The notes beneath the pieces were generated by a model. That model was not told the origin of the DNA. It saw only the letters and a list, made by a program, of their open reading frames with translations, and ran no database searches. From an uncultured Opitutaceae bacterium (GTDB lineage Bacteria > Verrucomicrobiota > Verrucomicrobiia > Opitutales > Opitutaceae): a DNA stretch of 64,000 bases. The stretch is from positions 16,179 through 80,178 of the forward strand of contig CAYZGG010000006.1 of assembly GCA_964477955.1 (NCBI GenBank), given 5' to 3'. Each line of letters begins with the position of its first letter. The stretch's first letter is position 1. The position numbers and the translations under genes were made by a program. Shown piece by piece: positions 49,268 through 61,733 of the stretch.

Positions 49268-50740
49268 ATGCGTTTTGCCGACAGCTTCCGCGCCGCCCGC
49301 TGGGTCCGAACGGTCAACCTGCTCCTCCAGGCCCTGCTTTTTCTGAGCCTTTTCGGCGGGCTGAACTACATCGCGCTGAACCACGCCTGGCGCTTCGACC
49401 TCACCCGGGCGCGACGGCAATCGCTGTCCGCCGAAACCAAGTCCTACCTCGAACGCCTGGAACAGCCGGTCCATGTCGTGGTCACGTTGCCCAAGGACAG
49501 CGACAGTGTTGAGATCTCCGACGCCTATCGCGACGTCAGCGGGCTGTTGCGGGAATATGACTATGCCACGAGCAGCAACGCGCATGCCCGCATGACCGTC
49601 GAATATCTGGACGTTTACCAAAACCGGAAACGCGCGGAGGAGCTCGGCATCGACCAGCCCAACATCGTGCTCCTGCTCTGCGGCGACCACCGCCGCATCC
49701 TCCACATGCAGGATCTCTACACGATCAAGAACAAGTCCACGCGCGAGTCGTTCACCGGCGAATCCGCCCTGACCGCCGCCGTCCTCGACGTCTCGTCGCC
49801 GGAGAAAAAGAAGATCTATTTCCTGCAGGGCCACGGCGAGATCAGCCCCGACGAGGTGAACCCGCACGGCCTGTCGCTCCTGCGCGATGAACTGCAACAA
49901 AGCAATTTCGACCTCGCCGTGCTGGACCTCGCCCAAAGCCACAAGATCCCCGACGATGCCGCCCTCGTGATCATCGCCGGCCCCGTCGGCCGCTACCGAC
50001 CCTTCGAGGAGGAGCTCCTGCGCAACTACCTTCAGACCCGCGCCGGCCGGGTCATCGCCATGATCGACCCGCAGCGCCCGCACGGACTCGAGAATCTTTT
50101 GTTAGACTGGGGCGTGATCGTCTACGACGACGTCATCTACGACAGCAACCCGCAGGAACTGGACGAAACCGGCAATCTCCGGCTGCGCCACTTCGCATCC
50201 CATCCCATCACGGAGAACCTGATCAACAACAGTCTGCCCGTGATCGTCGGACCGGCCCGCGCCGTGAGCGAAGACCCCAGTCACGTCTCCGACAACGGCC
50301 TGACGGTCAAGAAACTCATCGCCACCAGCGCGAGCGCTTGGGGCGAGACCAGCTATCGCCTCGGCACTGTGCCTCGCTACACCCCCGGCGAGGATCTGCG
50401 CTCGAAGGACGGACTCGGCGTGCTGGTGATCTCCGAGCGCGTCAAACCCGCCAACCTGCCCCTCAGCGTCCGGGGGGGCCGCCTCGCTGTCTTCGGCACC
50501 GCCGACCTGGTGACCAACAATCGCATCATCAACCAGGGCAACCTCAATATCTTCCGCGCCACCGTCGACTGGTGCGTCGATCGCGACACCCAGCTCAACA
50601 TCCCGCCCCGTCCCATTCAGCGCTTCCAGCTCGCCCTGTCGCAGGAGGAACTCAACCGCCTCCGGCTGGGTCTCCTCCTGATCGTGCCCGGGGCGGTGGG
50701 CCTGCTCGGCCTGCTTGTCTACTGGACCCGCCGCCGCTGA
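49268..50740 (+). CDS. GldG-family protein (second copy)
   Basis: RFDLTR..SLSAET, IYFLQGHGE, C-terminal TM followed by RRR. Confidence 0.85.
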   Translation: MRFADSFRAARWVRTVNLLLQALLFLSLFGGLNYIALNHAWRFDLTRARRQSLSAETKSYLERLEQPVHVVVTLPKDSDSVEISDAYRDVSGLLREYDYATSSNAHARMTVEYLDVYQNRKRAEELGIDQPNIVLLLCGDHRRILHMQDLYTIKNKSTRESFTGESALTAAVLDVSSPEKKKIYFLQGHGEISPDEVNPHGLSLLRDELQQSNFDLAVLDLAQSHKIPDDAALVIIAGPVGRYRPFEEELLRNYLQTRAGRVIAMIDPQRPHGLENLLLDWGVIVYDDVIYDSNPQELDETGNLRLRHFASHPITENLINNSLPVIVGPARAVSEDPSHVSDNGLTVKKLIATSASAWGETSYRLGTVPRYTPGEDLRSKDGLGVLVISERVKPANLPLSVRGGRLAVFGTADLVTNNRIINQGNLNIFRATVDWCVDRDTQLNIPPRPIQRFQLALSQEELNRLRLGLLLIVPGAVGLLGLLVYWTRRR

Positions 50741-50764
50741 ACCCGCCTCCAACCCTCTGCCGCC

Positions 50765-52747
50765 ATGCGCACGAAAGTCACCGTCGTCCTCCTCTTCCTC
50801 AACGTCGTCCTGTTCTATTACATCTTTCAGTTCGAGAACACCCCGCCGCCCGACGCCAAGGGCCGGCGCGTCTACGGCCCCGAGGTGTCCGCCATCGATT
50901 CCCTGACCCGCACCGCGCGCGTCGGTGCAACCCTGCATGTCGAGAAACGCGGCGATGCCTGGTGGCTCACGAAACCCTATGAATGGCCGGCCAACGCCAA
51001 CGCCATTTCCGGGATCATCGGCGAATTGCAGCATTTGGAACACGAAACCAGTTTCGCCGTGGCCGACCTGGGAAAAAGCGGCCAGTCGCTCGCCGACTAC
51101 GGCCTCGCCGATCCCGCCATCATCCTCACCTTCACCGCCGCCGGACGCACCTACGAAACCAAGATCGGCGACGACACCAAGATCGGCAACCGCCTCTACC
51201 TGCTCTCGCCCGACGGCAGCCGCATCCACGTGGTCGGACGCAGCCTGGCCGACCGCATCAATCTTCCCCTCGACAAACTGCGCTCCGAATCCATCTTCAG
51301 CATCCCGGTCTTCGAGGTCCGCTCGCTCAGCCTGCAGACCGCCCCGCCCGACAATCTCAAGGTCCGCCTCCGCCTCGAAGCCGACCGCTGGTCCTTCGAA
51401 GCCCCGATCCTGGCCCGGGCCAACAAAAACGCCGTCGAGGTCACCATCAACTCCCTCAACGCGCTGCAGGTCGGAAGAATTCTCGAGGACCGCGAGACCG
51501 ACCTCGACCGCAGTGGCCTGGCCGCACCCACGCTGCGTGTCACGGTCGAGGGCAACCGGCGCCGGGAAACCCTGCTGCTCGGCGCCGCCGTCCCCGCCGC
51601 CACCCCCAAACCCGCCGCCGACCCGGCCGAGCCGGTCGCCTACTACGCCAAGATCGAAGACAAGCCCGTGATCTTCACCACATCGGTGCCGCCCAAACTG
51701 CTGAAGGATCTGGGTGCCGCCCAGGAGACCCTGCGCGATGTGCGCATTCTGGACGTCGACCCACACACGGTCACCTCGATTTCGCTCACCGCCCCCGGAC
51801 AGCCGGCGCTCGAGCTGCAGCGGCTGGAGCCGGCCCAGGGCAAGGAATCCTGGCTGCTCGTCGCGCGCTCCCCCGGCAACCAGGCGCCGCAGACCGTCCC
51901 CGCCGACCCGGCCCTCGTCGCGGACCTGCTCCAGAAACTCACCGTCCTTTCCGCCCAGAAATTTCTGAGCGATGCCCCGTCCGCCGCCGATCTCGAGAAC
52001 TACGGCTTCAACCGGCCCGAACGGGTGGTCACGCTGAACCTCTCGACGGGCGGCGGACCGCGCGGATCCGATCCCTCCACCCTCGTGCTGCAAGTGGGCG
52101 TCAAGCCCGAGGAAAGGCATGTGGCCTACGCGCGCCTGGCCAACGCCCCCTTTGTCTACCAGATCGATGACGGCATCCTGGATTTCGCTCCGGCCCTGCC
52201 GCTGCATTTCCGGCTGCGTCTGCTGCGCGACCTGCCGGAGGGCGCGCGCATCACCGGCCTGGCCCTCAGCGAAACCGGTCCGGCCGCCCCCGCGCTTTAC
52301 AGCCACCAACTTGCCGCCGGTGAATCGTGGGACGGCGTGCTGGCGACCGAGCCCGAGGCCCGGCGCAAGGCGCTGGTCGCTCTCATCGCCCAATCCCGCA
52401 CGCTCCAGGCCCGGGAGTTCATCGCCGACACCTTCAACCCGGACCATGCGGAATCCGGCAACACCACCTTGCCGTGGAAGTACCGGCTCGACGTCACGCT
52501 GGCCCTGACCACCGGAAACGGCTCCGCCCAGACCACCACTTCGACCCTGTTCCTGACCGACCGCATCGGCGGCACCACCCAACTCGCCGGAAACGCGGAA
52601 TTCGGCGTCACTTTCGCCGTGACGCAGGAGATGCTCGACGCGCTTTTCGCTCTGACTTACGCCGAAAAACACGATCCGGGTCCGCCCGTCGAACCGCTCA
52701 AACCCGAGCCGCCCCAGCCCAAACCCGTTCCTGCCACCTCCGGCTGA
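50765..52747 (+). CDS. DUF4340 multi-domain protein
   Basis: N-terminal TM; repeated W...P...A / L..YGL..P units. Confidence 0.75.
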   Translation: MRTKVTVVLLFLNVVLFYYIFQFENTPPPDAKGRRVYGPEVSAIDSLTRTARVGATLHVEKRGDAWWLTKPYEWPANANAISGIIGELQHLEHETSFAVADLGKSGQSLADYGLADPAIILTFTAAGRTYETKIGDDTKIGNRLYLLSPDGSRIHVVGRSLADRINLPLDKLRSESIFSIPVFEVRSLSLQTAPPDNLKVRLRLEADRWSFEAPILARANKNAVEVTINSLNALQVGRILEDRETDLDRSGLAAPTLRVTVEGNRRRETLLLGAAVPAATPKPAADPAEPVAYYAKIEDKPVIFTTSVPPKLLKDLGAAQETLRDVRILDVDPHTVTSISLTAPGQPALELQRLEPAQGKESWLLVARSPGNQAPQTVPADPALVADLLQKLTVLSAQKFLSDAPSAADLENYGFNRPERVVTLNLSTGGGPRGSDPSTLVLQVGVKPEERHVAYARLANAPFVYQIDDGILDFAPALPLHFRLRLLRDLPEGARITGLALSETGPAAPALYSHQLAAGESWDGVLATEPEARRKALVALIAQSRTLQAREFIADTFNPDHAESGNTTLPWKYRLDVTLALTTGNGSAQTTTSTLFLTDRIGGTTQLAGNAEFGVTFAVTQEMLDALFALTYAEKHDPGPPVEPLKPEPPQPKPVPATSG

Positions 52748-52838
52748 CCGGCCCGCCGACCGATGCCGCCGGGCCGGAACCTTCTCAGGATAAAGGGCGT
52801 CTTCTGAAGCACCGCCGCGGCGACCGCGCGCCCCCCTC

Positions 52839-55667
52839 ATGGCCTCCCACCAAGTACCGCAACCGCACACCACCGCCTGGCAGTTTTGCCTGAGTTGCGG
52901 GAGCTCGCTCTTGTTCAGCGCGCTGTGGCTGGCACTGGCGGCCGTCCTGGTCATGCAATGCTATGTCGCCACCATCAGCGACGTCCCGGTCCCGGCTTTC
53001 GTCCTGCGACGTCTGGAGACGCAGCTGGCCGCGGAAAACCTCGAGGTGCGTTTCGGCCACGCCAGCTTCGCCCCCGCCGGCCGGCTGCTGCTCGAAAAAG
53101 TGGAATTGCGTTCGCGCGCCTTCGAGGAGCCCCTGCTGTCCAGCCGGTTCGTTCTCATCCACAAGAGCCTCTGGTCGATCCTCGCCGGGCATCGTCTGCC
53201 GGACGACGTGCGCTTGGAAGGCGCCGTGCTGCGCCTGCCCGCCATGCTTTCGCCGAGCGGCCAGGCCGAGCCCCTGATCAGCGACCTCGGCGGCGAGCTG
53301 AGCTTCGCCGGCGGCCAGTGCATCATCAACGATCTGTCCGGACAGATCGGCAACCTCAGCGTGAGCCTCTCCGGCAGCCTCGCCCCGCCGCGCGATGCCC
53401 GCGGCACGCCCCTGACCGTGGCCGACACGCTCGGCCATTTTCTCCAGTACGGCCGCCGCGCGGCCTTGGAAATGCCCGAATTGCAGGCCGCCGAACACCC
53501 GGCGCTGTTTGTCGACCTGACTCCCCTCTCCGGCGGAGGCATGAACGTCGCCCTCCGCTTCACTGCCGAGTCCGTGCACCAGCCCGCGGGACGGCCCCTC
53601 GACTTCGGCCCACTGTCGATCACCGGCCATTGGATCTGGGATGGCGTGCATCCGCATCCGCTGCAGGTGCACTTCGCCACGCGCTCGATCGAGGGCCCGA
53701 ACGGCAACAGCGCCACGAACGTCCGGGCTTCCCTCGTGCTGGAACCGGGCGCCGAGCCGGCCTCCTTCGGTTCGGTGCAGGCGCACATCGCCGCGGCTGG
53801 AGTGCGGGCTTGGGGGGAAACCCTCGACGCGCCGGTGCTCGAAGGCGCCTATTTTCTCCATGAACGCCACGCCAGCTTCGACGCCACCTGGCGTTCGCGC
53901 GGCGAGATGCTGCATGCCGCCGGCCAGGTCGATCTCGCCCGGAACTCCGCCGCGCTCTCCCTTTCCGGCCGGGTTCCCCCCGCACTCGTCACCAACATCC
54001 TCTCCCAGCACGCGCCCAAGCTCGAACCGTATTTCCGGTTTGGCGACCGCGTGGACGTCCGCGCCGCCGTCACCCTGGCGGCGGGCTGGCGGTTCACCCG
54101 CCTGGATTCATCGGTGCTGGGCGGGCGCCTCGATTCCCACGACGTCGCGATCGATTATTTTCGCGGCCAGATCGACGTGGACGCCGATCTCAACTTCCTC
54201 GCCCATGACGCCTTCGTGGTGGCCGGAGCCAATGAGGCCCGCGGCTCCTATGGCATGAACTTCCGCACCCTTGACTACCGCATGCTGCTCCGCGGCCGGC
54301 TGCGTCCGCCTGACATCGGGGGCTGGTTTCGCGGCCGCTGGTGGCCGGATTTCTGGCAAAATTTCTCGTTCCCCGTCGCGCCCCCACAGGCGGACGTCGA
54401 TGTCGCCGGTCGCTGGACCGATTCCCGGCTGACCTCCTACTTTGGCGAAACCGACGCGCTGGGGCCGCAGGTCCTCGGGGCCGATTTCGAACGGGCCCAT
54501 ACGTTGATTTTTCTCCGGCCGCAATTCACGCATGTCCTGGATCTGGCGGTCGAGCGGGCGGGCGGCACCCAGCGCGCCGCCGGCTGGTTCGAACGCACCG
54601 CGGAGGACGGCGACCACAAGGGCAGCCGGTTGGAATACGACCTCGCCGGCAATCTCGATCCAGCGGTCTTCGCCAAGCTGGGGGGGGCCAAGACCGCCGG
54701 CTGGCTGGAGTACGCCAGTTTCACCCAACCGCCGCAAGTCCACCTGTGGGGCCGCACCAGCTTTGTCGACACGCACGCCGACAACGATCTGCACTTCGTC
54801 GCCACCGCCGCCGGACCGCTGGAACTACGACACTTCCCGGTGGAAAAACTCGCCGTCGCGGGCAGCCTGAAGGGCGAGGCCCTCCGGCTGGACCAGGTCG
54901 ATTTCCAAGTCGCCGGCGGCACTGGCAGCGGACATCTCTCGCTGGCTGGTCCCGAAGCGGACCGGCAGCTCGCACTCGACGTGCAAATCAAGGATGCCGA
55001 CCTGGCGCGTTCGATCCTGACCGTGGAAAAATTCGAGGCCGAGCGGACCGGGGCCAAGGGCACCTCTCTCGCGCAAAGCAAATTCATCAAGCGGGCCAGC
55101 GGCGGCAAGCTGGAGCTGGCGGCGACCTTGCAGGGCAACCCGGCCCTCCCCGCCGACTGGCGCGGGAGCGGCAGCGCCCAGATTTCGGGCGCCGTGCTGG
55201 GCGAAATCCAGCTGTTCGGCCTCCTGTCCCAGGTACTCAGTGCCGTCTCGTTGAATTTCTCCTCTCTCAAGCTGGAGGCGGCGCGCACCTCCTTTCAGCT
55301 GGCGGACGGGCGCCTGCGTTTTCCCGACATCAAGATCACCGGCCCCAGCGCGGTCATCGACGCCAAGGGCGACTACCTGCTGGCGAACCAGGCGCTGGAT
55401 TTCACCGCGCGCCTCAAGCCGTACCAGGAAACCCGCAATCCTCTGGCCGCGGTCGTCGGCGTGCTCATCGATCCGATCGCCAGCATTTTCGAACTGAAGC
55501 TCACCGGCGCCCTGACCAAGCCGTCGTGGTCGGTCGTGCTCGGCTCCTCCGGCAAACCGGCCGAGCCGGAAAAGAAACCGGTGACTCCGACGCCCGTCGC
55601 GCCGGCCGCAACCACGTCCGCATCCCCGCCGGCTCCCGTCGAGGCGGGCGCTCCCTCGGGAAAGTAG
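52839..55667 (+). CDS. AsmA-like protein
   Basis: N-terminal TM, long beta-rich body, C-terminal LKLTGALTKPSW. Confidence 0.7.
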   Translation: MASHQVPQPHTTAWQFCLSCGSSLLFSALWLALAAVLVMQCYVATISDVPVPAFVLRRLETQLAAENLEVRFGHASFAPAGRLLLEKVELRSRAFEEPLLSSRFVLIHKSLWSILAGHRLPDDVRLEGAVLRLPAMLSPSGQAEPLISDLGGELSFAGGQCIINDLSGQIGNLSVSLSGSLAPPRDARGTPLTVADTLGHFLQYGRRAALEMPELQAAEHPALFVDLTPLSGGGMNVALRFTAESVHQPAGRPLDFGPLSITGHWIWDGVHPHPLQVHFATRSIEGPNGNSATNVRASLVLEPGAEPASFGSVQAHIAAAGVRAWGETLDAPVLEGAYFLHERHASFDATWRSRGEMLHAAGQVDLARNSAALSLSGRVPPALVTNILSQHAPKLEPYFRFGDRVDVRAAVTLAAGWRFTRLDSSVLGGRLDSHDVAIDYFRGQIDVDADLNFLAHDAFVVAGANEARGSYGMNFRTLDYRMLLRGRLRPPDIGGWFRGRWWPDFWQNFSFPVAPPQADVDVAGRWTDSRLTSYFGETDALGPQVLGADFERAHTLIFLRPQFTHVLDLAVERAGGTQRAAGWFERTAEDGDHKGSRLEYDLAGNLDPAVFAKLGGAKTAGWLEYASFTQPPQVHLWGRTSFVDTHADNDLHFVATAAGPLELRHFPVEKLAVAGSLKGEALRLDQVDFQVAGGTGSGHLSLAGPEADRQLALDVQIKDADLARSILTVEKFEAERTGAKGTSLAQSKFIKRASGGKLELAATLQGNPALPADWRGSGSAQISGAVLGEIQLFGLLSQVLSAVSLNFSSLKLEAARTSFQLADGRLRFPDIKITGPSAVIDAKGDYLLANQALDFTARLKPYQETRNPLAAVVGVLIDPIASIFELKLTGALTKPSWSVVLGSSGKPAEPEKKPVTPTPVAPAATTSASPPAPVEAGAPSGK

Positions 55668-55689
55668 ACCGGCGCCGGCCGCTTCCGGT

Positions 55690-55746
55690 GTAGCGCAGAC
55701 ATCTTGCCGGCCCTCTTTTTCCCTGCAGGCTGGAAGCCTGCGCTAC
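55690..55746. repeat. Inverted REP pair (GTAGCGCAG family)
   Basis: Related to 23476-23531. Confidence 0.75.
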
Positions 55747-55792
55747 TTTACGGCCGATACCCCACCGGAAGCGTGCGCGACTCCAAGCGGCC

Positions 55793-56893
55793 TCACGGCG
55801 GTCCGACCGTGATCCAGTCCACCTTGGCCGTGTCGCGGTAGCCGACGCCGAGTTGCTGGGCGAAATCCAGCATCCGGGCCTCCTCGCTTTCGATCGGATC
55901 AAAGCCGGTGTGTTTGCGCGCGGCATTGAGGCGGTCGAGCATGATCGCGTCGAGCTGCACCGGGTCGGCACTCATCCAGAGCAGCGGTTCGGACACCGTG
56001 TAGAGCGAGTTGAAATACGGTCCGCCGATGAACTGGTAGAGCTGCAGGCTGGTGATCGTGAGAGCCCAGCCTTCACGCAGCTCGGGAATGGCCGCCATCT
56101 CGGCCACGGCCGCGGGCGCGGTGGCGGGGCTCTTGAAGAACCGGAAGGTGTTGCTGGCGTTCCAGAGCGTGGCGTTGACGAGCGCGCCGTTGATGCCCAG
56201 CACGGGGTGATCGGTGTAGACCGGCAGGTTGATCCAGAAATCGGCATCGAGGAAGAGCGGCGTGGCGAGGAAGCTCTTGCGGTCCTCCTCCGTGGTCGTG
56301 GTGTTCCGGCCCTTGGCGGCGGTCTCGACGGCGCGATCATTCGTGATCGGATCGAAACGCGAGGGCAGCGGACTGTCGTAGAACCACGACGGATCGTAGA
56401 ACTTGCCCGACTCGAGCACGTACAGCGGATGGCCCGGAAACGGGGCCACGCCGGTCGCGAAGGAGGGCAAAAAGCCTGTCAGGCGCAACCGCAACGGGTT
56501 GAGCCCGACCAGAAAGATCTCGCCGGTCTTGTAGCCGCGCGCCTCGAGCGAGGCGATCACCGCCCGGATGAGAGGGAATGGCGTCGCCAGCCCGGGCCCG
56601 GAGTCGGCGTAAATTTTCAGCCCGACCTTCCTTTTGGCGCCCGGCACGAGTTTGTGTCCGCTGCGGCGCTCGAATTCCTCCAGCATCCGCTCGACCGCAT
56701 ACCGGTAGGAGGTGTCGCCGAAGTCCAGCAGCCTGCATTGATAGACAGGCTGCCGCGGCGGCATGACCGGCTTGTCCGCCGCGGATTTGTCGGGCTCGGC
56801 GGCCCCCAGCGAGGGATGCCATGCCAGGGCGGCGGCCAGCGCCAGGGCGCGGAGGGAGAAAAGACGGGGGTTCCGAAGCGAGGGAAGGATCAT
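55793..56893 (-). CDS. Secreted DUF362-like protein
   Basis: Signal peptide, KVGLK, DFWINLPV..H..LGINGALVN and SADPVQLD; C-terminal part of ORF 55793..58831. Confidence 0.7.
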   Translation of the reverse strand: MILPSLRNPRLFSLRALALAAALAWHPSLGAAEPDKSAADKPVMPPRQPVYQCRLLDFGDTSYRYAVERMLEEFERRSGHKLVPGAKRKVGLKIYADSGPGLATPFPLIRAVIASLEARGYKTGEIFLVGLNPLRLRLTGFLPSFATGVAPFPGHPLYVLESGKFYDPSWFYDSPLPSRFDPITNDRAVETAAKGRNTTTTEEDRKSFLATPLFLDADFWINLPVYTDHPVLGINGALVNATLWNASNTFRFFKSPATAPAAVAEMAAIPELREGWALTITSLQLYQFIGGPYFNSLYTVSEPLLWMSADPVQLDAIMLDRLNAARKHTGFDPIESEEARMLDFAQQLGVGYRDTAKVDWITVGPP

Positions 56894-57082
56894 GTGGGAG
56901 GAAAGACGTTGCGGGCGGGCCGGCCGTTTCAAGCGGCGCAAGTTGACAGACCGCCTCCGTCGGGAAAAGTTTAATCGATTCGACGGATTCGCCGGCCGAT
57001 AACGCTCGCCCGCCTCGCGGAAAAGCCGATTTTGTGCTCGGCGGCCGTCCCGCCTCGCCGCTACAGCTATCCTCCCTCCACC

Positions 57083-58954
57083 GTGCCCGTCATCAAAGCC
57101 CGCAGCCTCCAGGATCTGAAGCAGCGCGTGAACATTCACGACGTGGTGGCCCGCACGGTTGCGCTGAAAAAAGCCGGCGGCAGCCGCTTCAAGGGTCTGT
57201 GCCCCTTCCACAGCGAGAAAACCCCTTCGTTCAACGTCGATACGAACAAGAATTTCTACAAGTGCTTCGGTTGCGGCAAGGCCGGGGACATCCTCAATTT
57301 CGTGATGGAAACCGAGGGCCTGCAGTTCACCGAGGCCGCGGAGGCGCTCGCCAAGCGCTTCGGCGTGAATCTCGAATACGAAGAGGGCACCGGCGGCCCG
57401 TCGCGGGCCGAACGCTCGCTGCGCCAGGAGCTCTTCGACCTGCACGAGGCCGCCGCCGAGCACTACCGCCAGGCCTTCCTCGCCCCCGGGGCGCCGGGCG
57501 AGTTCATCCGGAACTACTGGCTCAAGAACCGCCGCTTCACCGCGGAGCTGGCGGAGGAGTTCAAGATCGGCTTCGCCCCGCCTGAGGATGCCGCGCTGGC
57601 CGCCGCGCTGCTGAAACGGAAGTTTTCCGAGGATGCTCTGCGGCAGTGCGGACTGTTTTTCATCCGCGACGGCGCGCTCCTCACCCTGGGCGCGCTGCGG
57701 CCGCGTTTCCGCGGGCGGCTGATGATCCCCATCCGCGACCACCAGGGCCGCGTCGTCGCGTTCACCGCCCGCCAGCTCGAGGTGACGCCGCAGGACGATC
57801 CCTCGCACGAGGCGAAATACGTCAACTCGCCGGAGACGCCCATTTTCACGAAGAGCCACCTGCTTTTTAACCTCGACCGCGCCCGCACGCACGCGGGCGA
57901 AGGCCATCCGTTTGTGCTCGTCGAGGGCCAGCTCGACGCCATGCGCTGCTGGAGCGTGGGTCTCAAGACCGCCGTGGCCCCGCAGGGCACCTCGATCACC
58001 GAGGGCCAGCTCGCGCTCCTGCGCCGCTATCATCCGCAGGTGGAATGCTTTTTCGACAGCGACAGCGCGGGGCAGAAGGCCGCGCTGCGTTTTCTGCCGC
58101 TCGCGCTGAAGGCCGGGCTGGAAGTCCGGTTCCTGATGCTCGCGGGGGCGGAGAAGCTCGACCCCGACCTGCTCTTTCTCGAACGCGGCCTGGCCGCCTA
58201 CGACGAGGTGAAAAAATCCTCGCTCAGCGCGATGGAGTTTGCCGTGCGCTCGGTGTTGCCTAGAGCCGCCACCGCCGGGGCCGAGCAGAAGGCCCGCGCG
58301 GCGCAGGAATTGTTCGCCATCGTGGCCCAGGCGGAATCGGAAGTGGCGCGCAACGCCTTCGTGCAGGAGATCGCGCAGCACCTGCGCGTGGCGCCCGGCG
58401 CGCTGGAGCGCGATCTGCGCGGCTACGCCGCCCGGCACGCCGGCGTGCGCACCGCCGGCAACGCTCCGCCGGCCGCACCTCCGGTTCCCGCCGGCGGCAC
58501 CAACGCCCACACGAAAGGCTTCGAAGAGCATTTCCTCTATCTTTGCCTCCATCATGAGTCGATTCTCGTCCAGTTGAGCCAGCACCTGCCGCACGAGTGG
58601 ATCGATGCTTCCACCCTCGCCGGCCGCCTGCTTGACCGGCTGCTCGCCGAAGTGCTTCACAATGGCTGGAATGGACGCGAAATGCTCGAGCAACTCCTTG
58701 AAACGCATGAGGAAAAGACATTGGCCGCCACGCTGCTCTTCGATGCCCCCGGCGAGGAGAATCTCGAAAAACTGGCCAACGAGGGCCTCCGCGCGATGCA
58801 ACGCCGTTTTCTCGAACCACAACTGCGACAAATAGAACTTGAAATAGCCTCGAAAGGCACGATAGGTGACCCCTCACTCCTCTCCCTCTTGAAGCAGCGC
58901 ACCGAAATCACCCGACAGCTCCAAAATCCTCCGAAGCTCACGCTTGAGCCCTGA
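57083..58954 (+). CDS. dnaG: DNA primase
   Basis: CPFHSEKTPSF, CFGCG, KYVNSPET, VEGQLD and DSDSAG motifs. Confidence 0.96.
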   Translation: MPVIKARSLQDLKQRVNIHDVVARTVALKKAGGSRFKGLCPFHSEKTPSFNVDTNKNFYKCFGCGKAGDILNFVMETEGLQFTEAAEALAKRFGVNLEYEEGTGGPSRAERSLRQELFDLHEAAAEHYRQAFLAPGAPGEFIRNYWLKNRRFTAELAEEFKIGFAPPEDAALAAALLKRKFSEDALRQCGLFFIRDGALLTLGALRPRFRGRLMIPIRDHQGRVVAFTARQLEVTPQDDPSHEAKYVNSPETPIFTKSHLLFNLDRARTHAGEGHPFVLVEGQLDAMRCWSVGLKTAVAPQGTSITEGQLALLRRYHPQVECFFDSDSAGQKAALRFLPLALKAGLEVRFLMLAGAEKLDPDLLFLERGLAAYDEVKKSSLSAMEFAVRSVLPRAATAGAEQKARAAQELFAIVAQAESEVARNAFVQEIAQHLRVAPGALERDLRGYAARHAGVRTAGNAPPAAPPVPAGGTNAHTKGFEEHFLYLCLHHESILVQLSQHLPHEWIDASTLAGRLLDRLLAEVLHNGWNGREMLEQLLETHEEKTLAATLLFDAPGEENLEKLANEGLRAMQRRFLEPQLRQIELEIASKGTIGDPSLLSLLKQRTEITRQLQNPPKLTLEP

Positions 58955-59015
58955 CGCTGTCGGTCCCGCGCTTTCTTCCCGCTGTCACTCTCACCGAGTC
59001 TGATTATACTTCCCT

Positions 59016-61013
<1,998 letters not shown>

Positions 61014-61060
61014 GCCGCTTTCGGCCTTTACTCAGTCAATTCCCGGAGTAGCTTGATATT

Positions 61061-61291
61061 ATGCACTCGTTCTCGCATCCCGTGCTGGCGGCCTTCGGTC
61101 TCGGCGGCACGGAACTGATCGTCATCCTGCTCATCATCCTGCTGCTGTTCGGCGGTTCCAAGCTTCCCGCCCTGGCCAAGGGCCTCGGCGAGTCCGTCCG
61201 GGAATTCAAGAAAGCGGCCAACAAGGACGAGCCCGACGAAGCCAAGAAGGCGGATGCCGCCAAGGCCGCCGACGGCCACGGCAAGAACTGA
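61061..61291 (+). CDS. tatA: Twin-arginine translocase TatA/E
   Basis: LLLFGGSKLPALAKGLGESVREFKK motif. Confidence 0.93.
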   Translation: MHSFSHPVLAAFGLGGTELIVILLIILLLFGGSKLPALAKGLGESVREFKKAANKDEPDEAKKADAAKAADGHGKN

Positions 61292-61316
61292 GCCTCAACC
61301 GAATCGCCCAAACTTG

Positions 61317-61345
61317 AGCCGCGCCCTCTGGCGCGGCTTTTTTTT
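61317..61345 (+). terminator. Rho-independent terminator after tatA
   Basis: AGCCGCGCC-CTCT-GGCGCGGCT stem-loop followed by a T run. Confidence 0.85.
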
Positions 61346-61366
61346 GCGCCCGGCTGCAGGGAATGC

Positions 61367-61525
61367 TGTAGGGCGGGGGGGGGGGGCCCCCCCGGGGTGG
61401 GTTTTTGGAAAAAACAAAGGAAGGGGCATAAAGCCGCGCGTTGGGGGGGGCCCGCCCCCCCCCCAAAAAAACAAACCGCGCCCGCATCTCCCCGGGGTGG
61501 GGGGGCCCCCCCCCCCCGCCCTACA
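61367..61525. other. Homopolymer-degraded REP-like stretch, probably low-quality sequence
   Basis: Ends TGTAGGGCGGGG / CCCCGCCCTACA match the 9361 and 45881 REP family; the interior is G, C and A runs. Confidence 0.7.
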
Positions 61526-61733
61526 TTCCGACAACGGGCGACCACAAAATCGCGCGAATGCGCCCGACTCTTTTCTCTCTCTTGATTTGGATTGCACCCG
61601 CATCGGCCTGCTTCCGCCAAAATTTCCGGCGCTGCCGACCGAGCGCGCCGCCCAAACCCTCATCCTTCAAGGGGTTTGGCTTTGACAATTTCGCTTGAGC
61701 ACGGCTTTGATTTGGAAACCTCGTCACCGCCTC

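Noticed and set aside
56894..58831. 1012-aa minus-strand ORF and other long antisense ORFs (4624-6969, 10633-12741, 41315-43591, 50102-52954)
   Set aside because: Shadow ORFs expected in high-GC3 DNA, lying opposite well-supported genes.
58820..58900. AT-richer codons at the dnaG 3' end (also the fabH 5' end)
   Set aside because: Short and explicable by embedded promoter or translation-initiation constraints.
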